Shown: one piece after another, positions 29,442-38,644 of the stretch
How the letters are laid out: each line of letters opens with the position of its first letter
Position numbering within the stretch: position 1 is the first letter of the stretch
Source of the DNA: Candidatus Latescibacterota bacterium
GTDB lineage: Bacteria; Latescibacterota; UBA2968; UBA8231
Reading direction: 5' to 3'
Length of the DNA stretch: 64,000 nucleotides
Assembly: GCA_965215195.1 (NCBI GenBank)
Contig: CBDCDC010000002.1
Coordinates: forward strand, 4,448,001 to 4,512,000
The notes under the pieces: generated by a model
What the model saw: the letters and a program-made list of their open reading frames with translations, nothing else
Told to the model about the DNA's origin: nothing
Database searches by the model: none
Made by a program: the position numbers and the translations under genes

Positions 29442-30029
29442 TTAGGTAAGCGATGGGTGCTGCGCCGCTTCGCGCAAGGCGTGCAAAAAGACGGCTGGAT
29501 CGGCCGGGCCGAGCAACAGGGCATGGGAGCCGTGCGTTGGAATGTACACGGCGTGCGGCGCACCCGTGTAGAAAACGTGCCCCTTCTCCCCGCTGCACAG
29601 ATGAAACGCCCCTCCGTAAAAGAAGAACGCGCTGATGGCGAAAATTTTGGCTCCGGGCCGATATTGGGGCGCGGCCGGCAAATCCACGACCCGGGCCTCC
29701 TCCACCTTTAGCTCGTTATAGGTGAAGTGCTTGCCGTGGGCGCTGTTGCGGATGAGCAGATGCTCCGCTAGCAAGACGAAATCCGTGCGGCGGGCACTAA
29801 AATAAAACCAAGTGAACACCGAGAAAAATATGATCAGCATCAGCGCGTAAGACGAGCCCAAAGCCACGGGCGCGGCGAGGCGGGCGACCGGGCCATCCGG
29901 GTCAATGGCGGCGTAGAGCGCGAGGGTCAGCACGGCGAAAAAGGCAGTGGTCGCGGCAAAAGACGCGGCCAGCACTTTGCCGAACAGGGCGGTGGACGGC
30001 GGGTGGATGGGAAAGATGCGCGGTTCCAT
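29442..30029 (-). CDS. Membrane protein with a bacterial PH-like domain
   Basis: Two TM helices, then GAFHL...VYIPT...LLLGPADPAVFL, typical of bPH domains. Confidence 0.65.
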   Translation of the reverse strand: MEPRIFPIHPPSTALFGKVLAASFAATTAFFAVLTLALYAAIDPDGPVARLAAPVALGSSYALMLIIFFSVFTWFYFSARRTDFVLLAEHLLIRNSAHGKHFTYNELKVEEARVVDLPAAPQYRPGAKIFAISAFFFYGGAFHLCSGEKGHVFYTGAPHAVYIPTHGSHALLLGPADPAVFLHALREAAQHPSLT

Positions 30030-30031
30030 TA

Positions 30032-30880
30032 TCAACTAGCCTTAATAAGCACCAAACCCCCGACGATGGCGAGGATGCCGGTCACCTTGAGTAGGGTGAG
30101 CCGCTCGTGGAGAAAGTACCAACCAAGGAGTGCCCCGAGCACTACCGAGGACTCGCGCACGGCGACTATGTAGCCGACGGGGCCTTGGGTATAGGCGTAG
30201 AGAATCAGGAGATACGTGCCCAGCGAGGCCACGCCAATCAGAGCGATAGTTTGCCAACGGACGCGGGCCGTCGTCAGCAGCCCCGCCCCGTACCGGCGCA
30301 CGACCCAAGGCACGCGCACGAGGGTGCCGATCAGCCACATGCCGGCGATGTAGTAGATCGGTTGCACGTAGCCAACGCCTATTTTATCCACCAGCGAGTA
30401 GCAGACAATCGTTAGCCCCACGCCCAAGGCGAGCTGCAAGCCGCGCGTCTGCTGCTTGAGGGCTGGGGCCCCCAAGCAGAAAATCCCCGCCAAGACCGCA
30501 GCGATGCCGCTGGCACCCAACAGGGAAATGTCTTCGCCCAAGGCCAGCCACGCGGCTAGCGCTGTCAGCCCCACGCCCGATCCGCGTGCGACTGGATAGA
30601 CGAGGGAGATTTCGCCGTGCTCGTAAGCCTCGGCCAGCAGGGTGAAGTACAGCGCGTGAATAATGCCCGTGGCCACGAGGCAAAGGACGCCTCGCCACGA
30701 CAGGGTTGGCGGTGCGCCCTGCCACCAGGTGTACGCGCAAAGCAGGACGGCGACTAGCGCCCCAACAGCTACGGAGAGCCAAAGTACTGCCGCATCGCCA
30801 GCGGCTTTGCGGGCGGCGAAATTCCACAAGGCGTGCCCGACTGCGGCCGTCAATACCAGTCCCCAAACTTCGGTGCTCAC
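30032..30880 (-). CDS. EamA/DMT family transporter
   Basis: About 10 TM helices; AYEHGEISLVYPVARG and AVRESSVV..LHERL. Confidence 0.92.
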   Translation of the reverse strand: MSTEVWGLVLTAAVGHALWNFAARKAAGDAAVLWLSVAVGALVAVLLCAYTWWQGAPPTLSWRGVLCLVATGIIHALYFTLLAEAYEHGEISLVYPVARGSGVGLTALAAWLALGEDISLLGASGIAAVLAGIFCLGAPALKQQTRGLQLALGVGLTIVCYSLVDKIGVGYVQPIYYIAGMWLIGTLVRVPWVVRRYGAGLLTTARVRWQTIALIGVASLGTYLLILYAYTQGPVGYIVAVRESSVVLGALLGWYFLHERLTLLKVTGILAIVGGLVLIKAS

Positions 30881-31030
30881 GCGCTACCCCTCCCTTTGTA
30901 GCAAGTGCGGGGATCATAGCAAGAGAGAAGGATTAGGGCAACCAGTTGCCGCGCCTGAATAGGGCGGCAAGCCGCAACCCCTTGCTGCGGTATATCTTGC
31001 GGGCTAGATTTTTTACCCATAGGAGCGATC

Positions 31031-32002
31031 GTGACTACAAATCTACCTGCGTTCGCCGACGTAGAAGCGGCACAGAGCCTAATCGGCGCACACCTCGCGC
31101 CGACGCCGCTGGTCCACTGCTCGAAGCTCTCGCAACTGCTGGGCTGTTCCTACCACGCCAAGTGCGAGAACTTGCAGCCCGTGGGGGCCTTTAAGGTGCG
31201 CGGCGGCGTCAACCTCATCGGGCGTTTGTCCCCGGCCGAGCGGCAGCGCGGCGTCATCAGCGCGAGCACTGGCAACCACGGCCAGTCGCTGGCGTACGCC
31301 GGCCGGCTCTTTGGTGCGCCGGTGACCATCTACGGGCCGGAGCGCGTCAGCAACCCGGCCAAAGTCGCGGCCATGCGCGCCCTCGGCGCAGAAGTTCACC
31401 TCTTTGGCCGCGACTTCGACGAGGCGCGCGAGGAAGTCGAGCGCGTGGCGCACAGCACGGGCTGTCGCTACGTGCATTCGGCCAACGAGCCGTTGCTGAT
31501 TGCCGGCGTGGGCACCATGGGCTTGGAGATTTTTGCCGCCTTGCCCGAGGTAGAAGTGCTGATCGCGCCCGTAGGCGGTGGCAGCGGCATCTGCGGCAGC
31601 GCGCTCGTCGCTCGCCACCTAAACCCGGCCGTCGAGATCATCGGCGTACAGTCCGCAAGCGCACCCGTCTGCTACCGGGCTTGGCAGGAGCGGCGGCTCG
31701 ACGTGGCGGCCCCCATGGCCACGCGGCACGAGGGGCTAGCCACGCGCGTACCCTTTGCGATGACCACGCGCATGATGTGGGCGCTCGTCGATCGCTTTGA
31801 ACTCGTCACCGACGAGGAGATCGACGCGGCCATGGGCCTGCTGGCGCGGGAGGCCAAACTGGTGGCCGAAGGAGCTGGGGCCGCATCATTAGCCGCGGCC
31901 TTAAAGATTCGCAAGTCCTTGGCCGGCAAAAAGGTCGTGGGCATCCTCAGCGGCGGGAACGCGCCCGCCGAGCATTTGGCGCGGATTTTGCAGAACGGTT
32001 AA
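31031..32002 (+). CDS. Threonine/serine dehydratase (PLP fold II), no ACT domain
   Basis: KCENLQPVGAFKVRG, ASTGNHGQ, PVGGGSG and ILSGGN. Confidence 0.93.
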   Translation: MTTNLPAFADVEAAQSLIGAHLAPTPLVHCSKLSQLLGCSYHAKCENLQPVGAFKVRGGVNLIGRLSPAERQRGVISASTGNHGQSLAYAGRLFGAPVTIYGPERVSNPAKVAAMRALGAEVHLFGRDFDEAREEVERVAHSTGCRYVHSANEPLLIAGVGTMGLEIFAALPEVEVLIAPVGGGSGICGSALVARHLNPAVEIIGVQSASAPVCYRAWQERRLDVAAPMATRHEGLATRVPFAMTTRMMWALVDRFELVTDEEIDAAMGLLAREAKLVAEGAGAASLAAALKIRKSLAGKKVVGILSGGNAPAEHLARILQNG

Positions 32003-32044
32003 AAAAAGAAGATGGACGAGCCGTTTACTTTTGGAGGAATAATA

Positions 32045-32196
32045 ATGGCAGAGCACATAACCGTATCAGTCGATTCCGAGCGACATACATCGTCACCGGC
32101 AATGTCGATTTGCTGGTTCTCAACCCGTTTCGCGGCATAGAGATCGCAACGCCTGAAGCATCGCTCGGAGATCAGGAGGATGGAAACGATGGCTAA
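32045..32196 (+). pseudogene. Collapsed antitoxin-PIN toxin operon remnant
   Basis: RBS GGAGG plus MAEHITVSVDS joined out of frame, near 32080, to ATYIVTGNVDLLVLNPFRGIEIATP (PIN-family toxin C-terminus). Confidence 0.7.
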
Positions 32197-33877
32197 AGGA
32201 ACGAGGCGCAAAAAGGGACGGCGGCGGGGCGCGGCCGCACGCGCCAATGCCGAGTTGGACGCCCATATAGAGTCGCTGGGCCTAGAGGCCATTGAAGCCT
32301 ACAAGGTCTGGTGCCGCCAGCGCGGCTTTACCGGGGCCCTGAACAAGTCGTGGCAGGAGCGGCGGCAAGAGCGCATGGCCCACCAGCGCGACCAACGGGC
32401 CGCCCAAGCCGAAGAAGCCCTGCGGCAACACGTCGCGCAACTGGGGCTAGACGGAGTGGCCGCGTACCAAGCGTGGTGTCGGCAACAGGGGCTGGGCGAC
32501 GCCATTCACAAAAGCGCGGCCCAACGCAGCAAGGAACTCAAGCTCTACCAGCAGATCCAGAGCACCCAAGTCCTGCACGCGGGCCGCAAACACAGCCGGC
32601 GCACCAAAGACATCATTCACCAGCTCTGGGCCGGAGCCATCGCCGAGGAAGAGCTGCGCACCGAGGTCTTGCGCCTGATCTATCGGGCCTTTGCCGGCTT
32701 GGAGGGAGCCGAGCGGGCCCAGTTGCGGGACTTGCTCTTGCACGTAGAAAAGCGGGCGTCCAACCTGCTTGACGCGCGGCTAGCTCTCCATCGCTTGGGG
32801 CAAGTGGACGGCAATACCTTCGCCGAAGCCCTCGGCGCGTTGGCGCGACACAGCAACGCTTGGCAGCGGGAACCGTCCGAGTGGAAGCCAGACAGCCGCA
32901 ACTCCCGGCGGCAATTCGCCGCGCTGACGCGGTTTTTATTGGCTCGCTACGACGTGCCGGCCTGCTTGGATTCGGGGTGGTTCGGCGGCTGGGGGCCAGA
33001 AGCCCAACGCCAGCAGGAGTGGTTTGTCCACGTGGGCAGCGGGCAAAATATCCGCACGGCCGACCTGCCGCTCGTGCTCTCCAAGCGCATGGCGCATGTG
33101 TTTGCCGAGGCCCCGAGCGAACTGACGGCGAACGAGGCCCTGCGCTGGGCGCAAGTGGTGGGGCAGGAAGGCAGCACGGCACTGGCTCAGGCAGTAATAG
33201 CCACGGAATTAGGTCGCAATTTTGCCGACGAATCCTTCTGGAGCACCGTAGTCCTCTTCTTCGTGGAAAACCCCATGCTCGACCCGGATATGGTGGGGCC
33301 AATCGTTGATTATATCAATCACCAAAAATTCGTCCCCACAGAGGAAGGGGCGCCGCCGCAGCCCAACTACACCATGAAGGGACGCAGCGCGGTCAAGCTC
33401 CTGCGCCAAGTCGAGGAATGGCACGAGCGCTTAGCCCGCGATAACCGCCAGCCCGGAGGGAGTTGGGAGGCGTCGGGCATAGCCGGCTTTGAGTGGATGG
33501 ACGACAAAGAGGAAGGGCTGCGTTGGACCATCCGCGAGCTGACTTGCAAAAGAGAACTCACGCTCGAAGGACGGGCGATGAACCACTGCGTCGCCTCCTA
33601 TGTGTCCAATTGCCGACGGGGCAGCAAGTCGGTGTGGTCCATGCAGGTCGATGCGGAGGGCCACAGCGCACGGGTATTGACGATCGCCATGCACAATCCG
33701 AGCCGCAACATCGTCGAGGTGCGTGGGCGGTTCAACGCGGTGCCGCGACAGTCGGGAAGAAACCCAAAAAACAAGACATTGGGGCGGCCCTATCGAGCAT
33801 TGCTGGCGCGCTCTGGTGCCGTGTTGCGGAAGTGGATTGAGGCCGAGGAGTTGGGGCGGACGCTGCGGTCGTATTAG
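32189..33877 (+). CDS. PcfJ domain-containing protein
   Basis: C-terminal WTIRELT...ELTLEGRAMNHCVASY and IVEVRGRFN; duplicated N-terminal helical repeat. Confidence 0.85.
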   Translation: MAKGTRRKKGRRRGAAARANAELDAHIESLGLEAIEAYKVWCRQRGFTGALNKSWQERRQERMAHQRDQRAAQAEEALRQHVAQLGLDGVAAYQAWCRQQGLGDAIHKSAAQRSKELKLYQQIQSTQVLHAGRKHSRRTKDIIHQLWAGAIAEEELRTEVLRLIYRAFAGLEGAERAQLRDLLLHVEKRASNLLDARLALHRLGQVDGNTFAEALGALARHSNAWQREPSEWKPDSRNSRRQFAALTRFLLARYDVPACLDSGWFGGWGPEAQRQQEWFVHVGSGQNIRTADLPLVLSKRMAHVFAEAPSELTANEALRWAQVVGQEGSTALAQAVIATELGRNFADESFWSTVVLFFVENPMLDPDMVGPIVDYINHQKFVPTEEGAPPQPNYTMKGRSAVKLLRQVEEWHERLARDNRQPGGSWEASGIAGFEWMDDKEEGLRWTIRELTCKRELTLEGRAMNHCVASYVSNCRRGSKSVWSMQVDAEGHSARVLTIAMHNPSRNIVEVRGRFNAVPRQSGRNPKNKTLGRPYRALLARSGAVLRKWIEAEELGRTLRSY

Positions 33878-34213
33878 GGAGGGGTTACAAAACGTAAGCG
33901 ACCTATTACGGATTGGATATCCCAAGAAGCCGCCGATGCTCTCCACAGCTTCTCTATGGGGGCGAACAAATCTACCGGATCTAGCCACCCCTCAGACCAA
34001 GGCCAGTGGTTTAGGTTTCTGATTGCTGCCTATAAGGCTAACGGTGAGCTTGATGCTGAGTCATTGCTTGCGTGGTTGACCGAAGTAGAAAAATGGCCAT
34101 CCGACGTCGCTGAGGATCTTGTTGGTCAATATGAATTTGGGATAGGTTTGTTAAATACGTATGATCTCTCTGCCCCCAGCATGGCTGCCGCCAAACACTT
34201 TCTGAAGCTTTAG
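33878..34213 (+). pseudogene. 5'-truncated conserved hypothetical protein
   Basis: Open frame starting right after the PcfJ stop, with no start or RBS: ...DWISQEAADALHSFSMGANKSTGSSHPSDQGQWFRFLI...; lower GC. Confidence 0.5.
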
Positions 34214-34248
34214 TTGTTCTTACCCCGCATATCAGGCAATATACAGCA

Positions 34249-34506
34249 TTATCGTTCATCTCGTTCTTCGCTCACGATCTTTGCCATGGACCCTTTGAAC
34301 TTAGATGTGATTCTGAGCACTTCCTCCAGCGAGACCGGAGTCTCCGCGCCATCGGCATTTTCTTGACTCCATTCTAGGCCCCACAAGTCGTCTTCATGGA
34401 GGTCATCCAACGGCTCTTGAGACCGCTCAGGTTCTTGGAGTTGCTTTTCAATCCTTTGTTTGACTTCCCTCAGAGTATCAGGAGGCAGTTTGCAGAGCCT
34501 CATCAA
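34249..34506 (-). CDS. Putative orphan antitoxin-like protein
   Basis: C-terminus SLEEVLRITSKFKGSMAKIVSEERDER resembles antitoxins that precede PIN toxins; no toxin follows. Confidence 0.5.
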   Translation of the reverse strand: MMRLCKLPPDTLREVKQRIEKQLQEPERSQEPLDDLHEDDLWGLEWSQENADGAETPVSLEEVLRITSKFKGSMAKIVSEERDER

Positions 34507-34838
34507 GCTCGATCATATAGCACCGTTCCCTCTCGTAACGCACGGGCAAGGACATGGTTGACTGAGTCGCGCCAGTGCTCGACCTCGTCGCGGCTATAAA
34601 GCAAGATGTCCGTCAAAGCGTCGAAACCGGCCACCGCCTCATAGACGCGAGCGGCCTCTAAACGTCGGCTCCGCGTCTTCCCAAACGGCTCGGCCTCCAC
34701 CACCACCAGATCGACATCCGAATCTGCCCGTGCGTCGCCGCGGGCGTGCGAGCCAAAGAGGATCACCTGCTCGGGATCGACCTCGGCGACAATGGCCTGA
34801 ACCATCTGGTCGAAAAGATGGTCGGTAACTTGTGTCAT
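34503..34838 (-). CDS. Minimal nucleotidyltransferase (MNT), copy 2
   Basis: ILFGSHARGDARADSDVDLVVV. Confidence 0.9.
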   Translation of the reverse strand: MTQVTDHLFDQMVQAIVAEVDPEQVILFGSHARGDARADSDVDLVVVEAEPFGKTRSRRLEAARVYEAVAGFDALTDILLYSRDEVEHWRDSVNHVLARALREGTVLYDRA

Positions 34839-34887
34839 TCCTTCACCTCGCAGATTCGGTCTGCCGGGTTTTAGCGATCACCAACGA

Positions 34888-34905
34888 GCATCGACGATGT
34901 AGAAG
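34888..34905. repeat. 18-bp exact copy of glnD 3' sequence (att-like direct repeat)
   Basis: GCATCGACGATGTAGAAG is identical to 35928-35945 inside glnD, where it encodes FYIVDA. Confidence 0.8.
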
Positions 34906-34988
34906 TGTCAATGAGGTTTTCGAGGGGTAAGTTAATTGCGACGTTTTTGTCACCATTAGTCATCCTTCCGTTTGGGAGAAAGCGCATT

Positions 34989-35093
34989 TCAGGTACATAT
35001 CCCGCTCCAATAGCGTCCAGCTTTGGCGGTCGAAGCACCGCCGCTGATAAACTCTTGAGCAACGTCTCCAAGCCGAACACGACGCCATTCCAT
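34989..35093 (-). pseudogene. hsdS: Type I RM specificity subunit (HsdS) N-terminal remnant
   Basis: ATG overlaps the HEPN stop (TGATG). MEWRRVRLGDVAQEFISGGASTAKAGRYWSG fits the HsdS W..V.LGD....SGGTP....YW.G pattern. Below the ORF-track cutoff. Confidence 0.7.
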
Positions 35094-35488
35094 CACACCC
35101 CCTCCACCTCCGCCAGCCGCTGTCGGACCTGTTGCAGAAGGGCACTCACAAGATGCAGCGCGCGTTCTCGATCAATGGAGATTTCCTCGGTCATTTCCTC
35201 GTATCGAAACTGAACGGCGAATGCGCTGTAGGCCGTCAACTCCCGATACCTGCCTACATCTTCATCTCTCTTGGGGATCCTCTCGAGGAGATCATCGAGA
35301 TCATGCGTCAGCGGGTACACCTCTCCAAGGAGAGCGAGCCACGCCTTGAGCGACTTCTCGGCGGCTTGTTGCGCGTGGAAGCCGAAGACCTCATCAGAGC
35401 CGCCGGTGGAATCGTGCATGAGTTGCAGGATCTCGATGTCGCGGTCTGCGGCGGCCAACAGCACGCGCACACATTTAAGGTCGCTCAT
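35093..35488 (-). CDS. HEPN domain protein
   Basis: GFHAQQAAEKSLKA, PLTHDL and AVQFRYE; overlaps the upstream MNT gene. Confidence 0.9.
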   Translation of the reverse strand: MSDLKCVRVLLAAADRDIEILQLMHDSTGGSDEVFGFHAQQAAEKSLKAWLALLGEVYPLTHDLDDLLERIPKRDEDVGRYRELTAYSAFAVQFRYEEMTEEISIDRERALHLVSALLQQVRQRLAEVEGV

Positions 35489-35810
35489 AGAGCACCCGCC
35501 CTTCTCGCAGCGCTCGCGCCAAGACGTGGTTGAGGGAGTCTCGCCAATACTCGACGTCGTCGCGGCTGTAAACGAGGATGTCTTTTGGAACGCCCGATCC
35601 GGCGAGGACCTTGTACAGGCGGACCGCCTCTTGGTACCGGCTCCGCGTCTTCCCAAACGGCTCGGCCACCACCACCACCAAATCGACATCCGAATCTGCC
35701 CGCGCGTCGCCGCGGGCGCGAGAGCCAAAGAGGATCACCTGCTCGGGATCAATCTCGGCGACAATGGCCTGAACCATCCGCTCGAGGAGATCGTCGGTAA
35801 CTCGTGCCAT
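35475..35810 (-). CDS. Minimal nucleotidyltransferase (MNT), copy 1
   Basis: ILFGSRARGDARADSDVDLVVV; paired with HEPN. Confidence 0.9.
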   Translation of the reverse strand: MARVTDDLLERMVQAIVAEIDPEQVILFGSRARGDARADSDVDLVVVVAEPFGKTRSRYQEAVRLYKVLAGSGVPKDILVYSRDDVEYWRDSLNHVLARALREGRVLYERP

Positions 35811-35851
35811 TCCTCTACCTCCCGGATCAGGTCTGCCGGGTTTTAGCTCTC

Positions 35852-38452
35852 TCAAGACGCCAGCCCGTCGAACAGGTACTGCTGTATCCGGTCGAGTTCT
35901 TCGTGGCTGGCGATCTTGTGTCCCTCGGCATCGACGATGTAGAAGGCGTCTTGCGCTCGCGCCGCCACCGTGTTGATAATGGCGCGGTGGATGTTGAGAT
36001 CCAGTTCGTCCAGCAGGTACGCGATTCGGTAGAGCAAGCCCACGTTGTCTTGAGCTTCGATATCCACGACCGTGTAGCGGGCCGAAATCTGATTGTCGAG
36101 CGCGATGCGCGGCGGCTGGTCGTACTGCCGCTGCCGGCGGCGGCGGTCCCAACTGCTGCTGTACTGCGCCAGCAAGTCGCGGGCCTTTAGCCGCAGCGAA
36201 ATGACCTCGGCCACGCGCTCGCGCACGCGCTCTTTCTTCCAGTCGGGCAGCACCGGGCTGTCGTCAATGTCGGTCACTTGGAAGATGTCGAGCACGACAT
36301 CGTCGGCGCGGGTATTGACGTCAGCGCGGAAGATGTTGATGTCGTTGACGGCCAAAGCGCCGCAGATCTTGGCCATGAGCTGGCGCTGGTCGCGGGTGCA
36401 GATGACGATCTCGGTGTGCCCTTCGTGCTCGATAAATTCCACGACAAAAGGCTGCTCCCGGCTCAGGCGGGCGATCATCTCCAGATGCACCTTGATCTGC
36501 GCGCGGTTGTAGGCCACCAAGTAGCTGGGGGATAGCTGCTCGAGGTGCTCTTGGAACTGGACGACTCGCTGGGCCGACCAGCGGCCCTCAATGTGATCGA
36601 GGTGCTCGTTGAGCTTCTGGCGAGCGCACTGTTTGGCCTCTAGGGCCTGTATGTCCGAGTGCAGTTGCTCGGCCGTCTTGTAGTACAATTCCCACAGCAA
36701 AGCCCCTTGCCAGTCGGTCCAAGCATCGGGCGCAACGGCCGACAGATCGGCGTACGAAACCAAGTAGAGCGCGCGCAGCCACTCCTCGTTGGCGAACAGC
36801 CCGGCGAACTCGGCGATCATCTCGTAGTCGTCGAGATTGCGCCGCCTGGAGATCAGCACCATGTCTTGGTGGTGCTCCACGAGGAAGCGCAGCATGGACC
36901 GCTCCTCTTGGTCCAGCCCCATCCGCTCGCTCAACGCCTCGGTCATCTCAATGCCCCGTGCGATGTGGTCGTCGCGCTTCCACTTGCCCACGTCGTGCAA
37001 GAGCACGGCGAAGAACAACAGGTCGCGGCGCGTGCATTGGGCGAGGATCGCCGACATGCCCCCCTCCTGCTGACCGAGAGCCTCCAAGTTTTCCAGCGCG
37101 ACCAGCGTGTGCTCATCGACCGTGTAGATGTGGTAAATGTCGTATTGCACCAAGCAGGTCAGCCGCCCGAACTCGGGCAAGTACGCGCCCAAAACGCCCA
37201 AGTCGTGCATGCGCCGGAGGGTGCGCGCCGTGCGGTATTTGCGCTTGAGTATCTTGAAGAACAAGTCGCGGGCCGCCGGCAGGCGTCTGAATTCGCTGTC
37301 GATCAGCGGCACACTGGCGCGCACTGCACACTGCGCCTGATCGCTCAGTTCCAAATTCTTGGTCTGAGCCGTGAGGAAAATTTTTAGCAGGCGCAGGGGA
37401 GCGGCGGCAAAGTATGCCTCGCCATCGGTGAGCACGATCTCCCCTTCTATCGCAGCTACGCCGCGCTCTAGATACATGCTGCGGCTGCTGTTGCGCGGCT
37501 TGCGCGTCAGCCGCTGGAAGGCTCGCTCTACTAGATGGTACACAGTGCGCGCATGTAGGTAGTAATCGCGCATAAAGCACTCGGCCGCCAGCTCGTGTCC
37601 CTGGTCCTCGTAGCCCAAGGCAGCCGCGATCTGCGGCTTGAGATCGTGCTCTAGCACATCGCGCTTGCGGCCTACGGCAAAGTGGAGCGCGTGCCGCACC
37701 CGCCAGAGGAAGGCGCGGCTGCGGGCGAGGCTATCGCCACCCCCATCGAGATACTGAGCGCACAAATCGCCGCCGTCGGGCGCTTTGGCTTTGGCCTTGA
37801 GTGCCCACTCGAACATCTGTATCTCGCGCAGTCCGCCCGGGCTTTCCTTGACATTCGGCTCTAAAAGCTGGACGGATTGCCGCGCTGCGCGCTGCTGCTG
37901 GCGCAGCCGATTTAGCTCGGCAACCGTGCGTTTGGGTACGCGCTTGTAGAGCCGCTTTTGGAACTGGGCGAAGAGCGCGGCATCGCCAGCCAGCAGGCGG
38001 CCGTCCATCATCGCGGTGCGCGATTCCAGATCTTCGCGCACCGCCCGGACCACGTCGTCCAACGTGCGGCTGCTGTGCCCCACCTCAAACCCCAAGTCCC
38101 AGAGCGGATTGAATACGCCGGCAACCACTTCGGGAACCTTGTCCCTTCTCTTGGCGAACAGGAAGAGCAAGTCGACGTCAGAATGCGGCGCCATTTCGCA
38201 GCGGCCGTATCCGCCCAGCGCCACCAGCGCGTGAGGGCCAGTCGTCTGCGGCATGGCGTTGCGGTAAATAGACAGCACCACAGCGTCCATGGCCTCGGCG
38301 ATCCGCCGGGCCACGGCCTGCCCGTCGGCTCCGGCCTCGTGCTCGGCTTTGATGTCCGCGAGGGCCTCGCGCCACAGTGGCCGCAGGGCCTCTCCCATCG
38401 GCGCACCGGGCATTTGTTTTAGCGAGTCGGCAAATGTTTCTGCAAATCCCAT
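35852..38452 (-). CDS. glnD: [Protein-PII] uridylyltransferase GlnD
   Basis: ALGGYGR..MAPHSDVDL NTase, EPNVKESPGGLR, YHIYTVDEH, LLHDVGK (HD) and two C-terminal ACT domains. Confidence 0.96.
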   Translation of the reverse strand: MGFAETFADSLKQMPGAPMGEALRPLWREALADIKAEHEAGADGQAVARRIAEAMDAVVLSIYRNAMPQTTGPHALVALGGYGRCEMAPHSDVDLLFLFAKRRDKVPEVVAGVFNPLWDLGFEVGHSSRTLDDVVRAVREDLESRTAMMDGRLLAGDAALFAQFQKRLYKRVPKRTVAELNRLRQQQRAARQSVQLLEPNVKESPGGLREIQMFEWALKAKAKAPDGGDLCAQYLDGGGDSLARSRAFLWRVRHALHFAVGRKRDVLEHDLKPQIAAALGYEDQGHELAAECFMRDYYLHARTVYHLVERAFQRLTRKPRNSSRSMYLERGVAAIEGEIVLTDGEAYFAAAPLRLLKIFLTAQTKNLELSDQAQCAVRASVPLIDSEFRRLPAARDLFFKILKRKYRTARTLRRMHDLGVLGAYLPEFGRLTCLVQYDIYHIYTVDEHTLVALENLEALGQQEGGMSAILAQCTRRDLLFFAVLLHDVGKWKRDDHIARGIEMTEALSERMGLDQEERSMLRFLVEHHQDMVLISRRRNLDDYEMIAEFAGLFANEEWLRALYLVSYADLSAVAPDAWTDWQGALLWELYYKTAEQLHSDIQALEAKQCARQKLNEHLDHIEGRWSAQRVVQFQEHLEQLSPSYLVAYNRAQIKVHLEMIARLSREQPFVVEFIEHEGHTEIVICTRDQRQLMAKICGALAVNDINIFRADVNTRADDVVLDIFQVTDIDDSPVLPDWKKERVRERVAEVISLRLKARDLLAQYSSSWDRRRRQRQYDQPPRIALDNQISARYTVVDIEAQDNVGLLYRIAYLLDELDLNIHRAIINTVAARAQDAFYIVDAEGHKIASHEELDRIQQYLFDGLAS

Positions 38453-38543
38453 AGCTCTTTCCAATCCAAAGCCGATAAATATACGGCGAAGTTGAGTGCA
38501 AAAAAGCCCTCCGCATGGAGCGACTTAACTACAAATAATGTCC

Positions 38544-38572
38544 TTGACAATTGGGAATAATACCCATACTTT
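38544..38572 (+). promoter_or_regulatory. Sigma70-type promoter overlapped by a Fur-like 7-1-7 box
   Basis: TTGACA (38544-38549), 17-bp spacer, TACTTT. Palindrome TGGGAAT-A-ATACCCA (38552-38566) in an AT-rich region upstream of iron uptake genes. Confidence 0.55.
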
Positions 38573-38644
38573 TGTTTTATATATGAAACAAAAAAAGGTA
38601 AAAGTAAACTTTAGTTCTATTGGCAAAAAACATGTACTAGCGAT

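Noticed and set aside
33875-34213. Amber (pyrrolysine) readthrough from PcfJ into the downstream in-frame ORF
   Set aside because: No pyl genes are visible, composition changes at the stop, and in-frame adjacency has a one-in-three chance.
34871-35080. 69-aa ORF MFGLETLL...
   Set aside because: It spans the hsdS remnant (better motif in another frame) and the duplicated glnD 18-mer, so it is likely spurious.
33878-35850. Classical integron cassette array
   Set aside because: There is no intI and no recognisable attC (RYYYAAC...GTTRRRY) structure between genes.
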